DNA from: Candidatus Subterrananammoxibius californiae
GTDB lineage: Bacteria; Planctomycetota; Brocadiia; Brocadiales; Subterrananammoxibiaceae
NCBI GenBank assembly: GCA_030586555.1
Contig: JAURAC010000048.1
Span: 1-15,758 of the forward strand
DNA length: 15,758 nucleotides
Direction of reading: 5' to 3'
The position numbers and the translations under genes were made by a program. Positions within the stretch are counted from its first letter, which is position 1, and the number at the start of each line of letters is the position of its first letter. Below, one piece after another: positions 15,220 to 15,758 of this stretch. Under the pieces are notes generated by a model. The model worked only from the letters and a program-made list of their open reading frames with translations. It did not search any database and was not told where the DNA came from.

Positions 15220-15535
15220 TAAAAGGGTAAACTTCTCTGGCGCTTTCGAGGGCGCTTATAATAAATGGGTTTTCATTCTCCTTCATTTGTTCAAATTCTT
15301 CTGGCGTATAAACGAAAACATCAACAGGAATTGGAAAAAGGGGAACTTCCAAAAGCCGTTCCAGAAACCTCTTATTAGTTTTTTTGATAATAATTAAATC
15401 CAGGTCGCTATATTCATCAGCATCGGCACGAGCTTGTGAGCCAAAGATTATAATTTTTTCCACAGGCCCATAGCCATTCACTATAGTCTTGACGATTTCA
15501 TCAACATTTATTTTTTCTTTGATTTCAACTAGCAT
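15206..15535 (-). CDS. Minimal nucleotidyltransferase (MNT) domain protein
   Basis: IIIFGSQARADADEYSDLDLIII (GS...DxD) and VDVFVYTPEEF. Start at 15535 avoids overlap with ahcY. Confidence 0.9.
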   Translation of the reverse strand: MLVEIKEKINVDEIVKTIVNGYGPVEKIIIFGSQARADADEYSDLDLIIIKKTNKRFLERLLEVPLFPIPVDVFVYTPEEFEQMKENENPFIISALESAREVYPFNEKS

Positions 15536-15542
15536 GGGTCTT

Positions 15543-15758
<216 letters not shown>

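Overview
Bacterial chromosomal window with mostly minus-strand genes; the lineage cannot be established from sequence alone. The housekeeping backbone is the 3' end of holB, glmS, a stand-alone HD-GYP gene, a three-gene GlmL-like ATPase operon, an AMP-dependent acyl-CoA ligase, a DksA/TraR gene, DUF1015 and the 3' end of ahcY. It is heavily decorated by small elements. (1) At least five unrelated short palindrome families sit in frame inside four protein genes (holB, glmS, glmL-like, and four copies in the ligase). (2) Several gene junctions carry inverted arrays of 7-bp tandem repeats, some nested, and one encloses an internally deleted four-helix-bundle gene. (3) Two accessory cassettes are bracketed by diverged duplications of neighbouring gene ends: a clan AA aspartic protease, and an AT-rich HEPN (RxxxxH) + AIPR-like gene pair that is a candidate anti-phage system. 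(4) A GC-rich, structured ~118-nt candidate ncRNA lies directly behind a consensus sigma70 promoter upstream of the DksA/TraR gene. All family calls come from motif recognition by eye; no searches were run.
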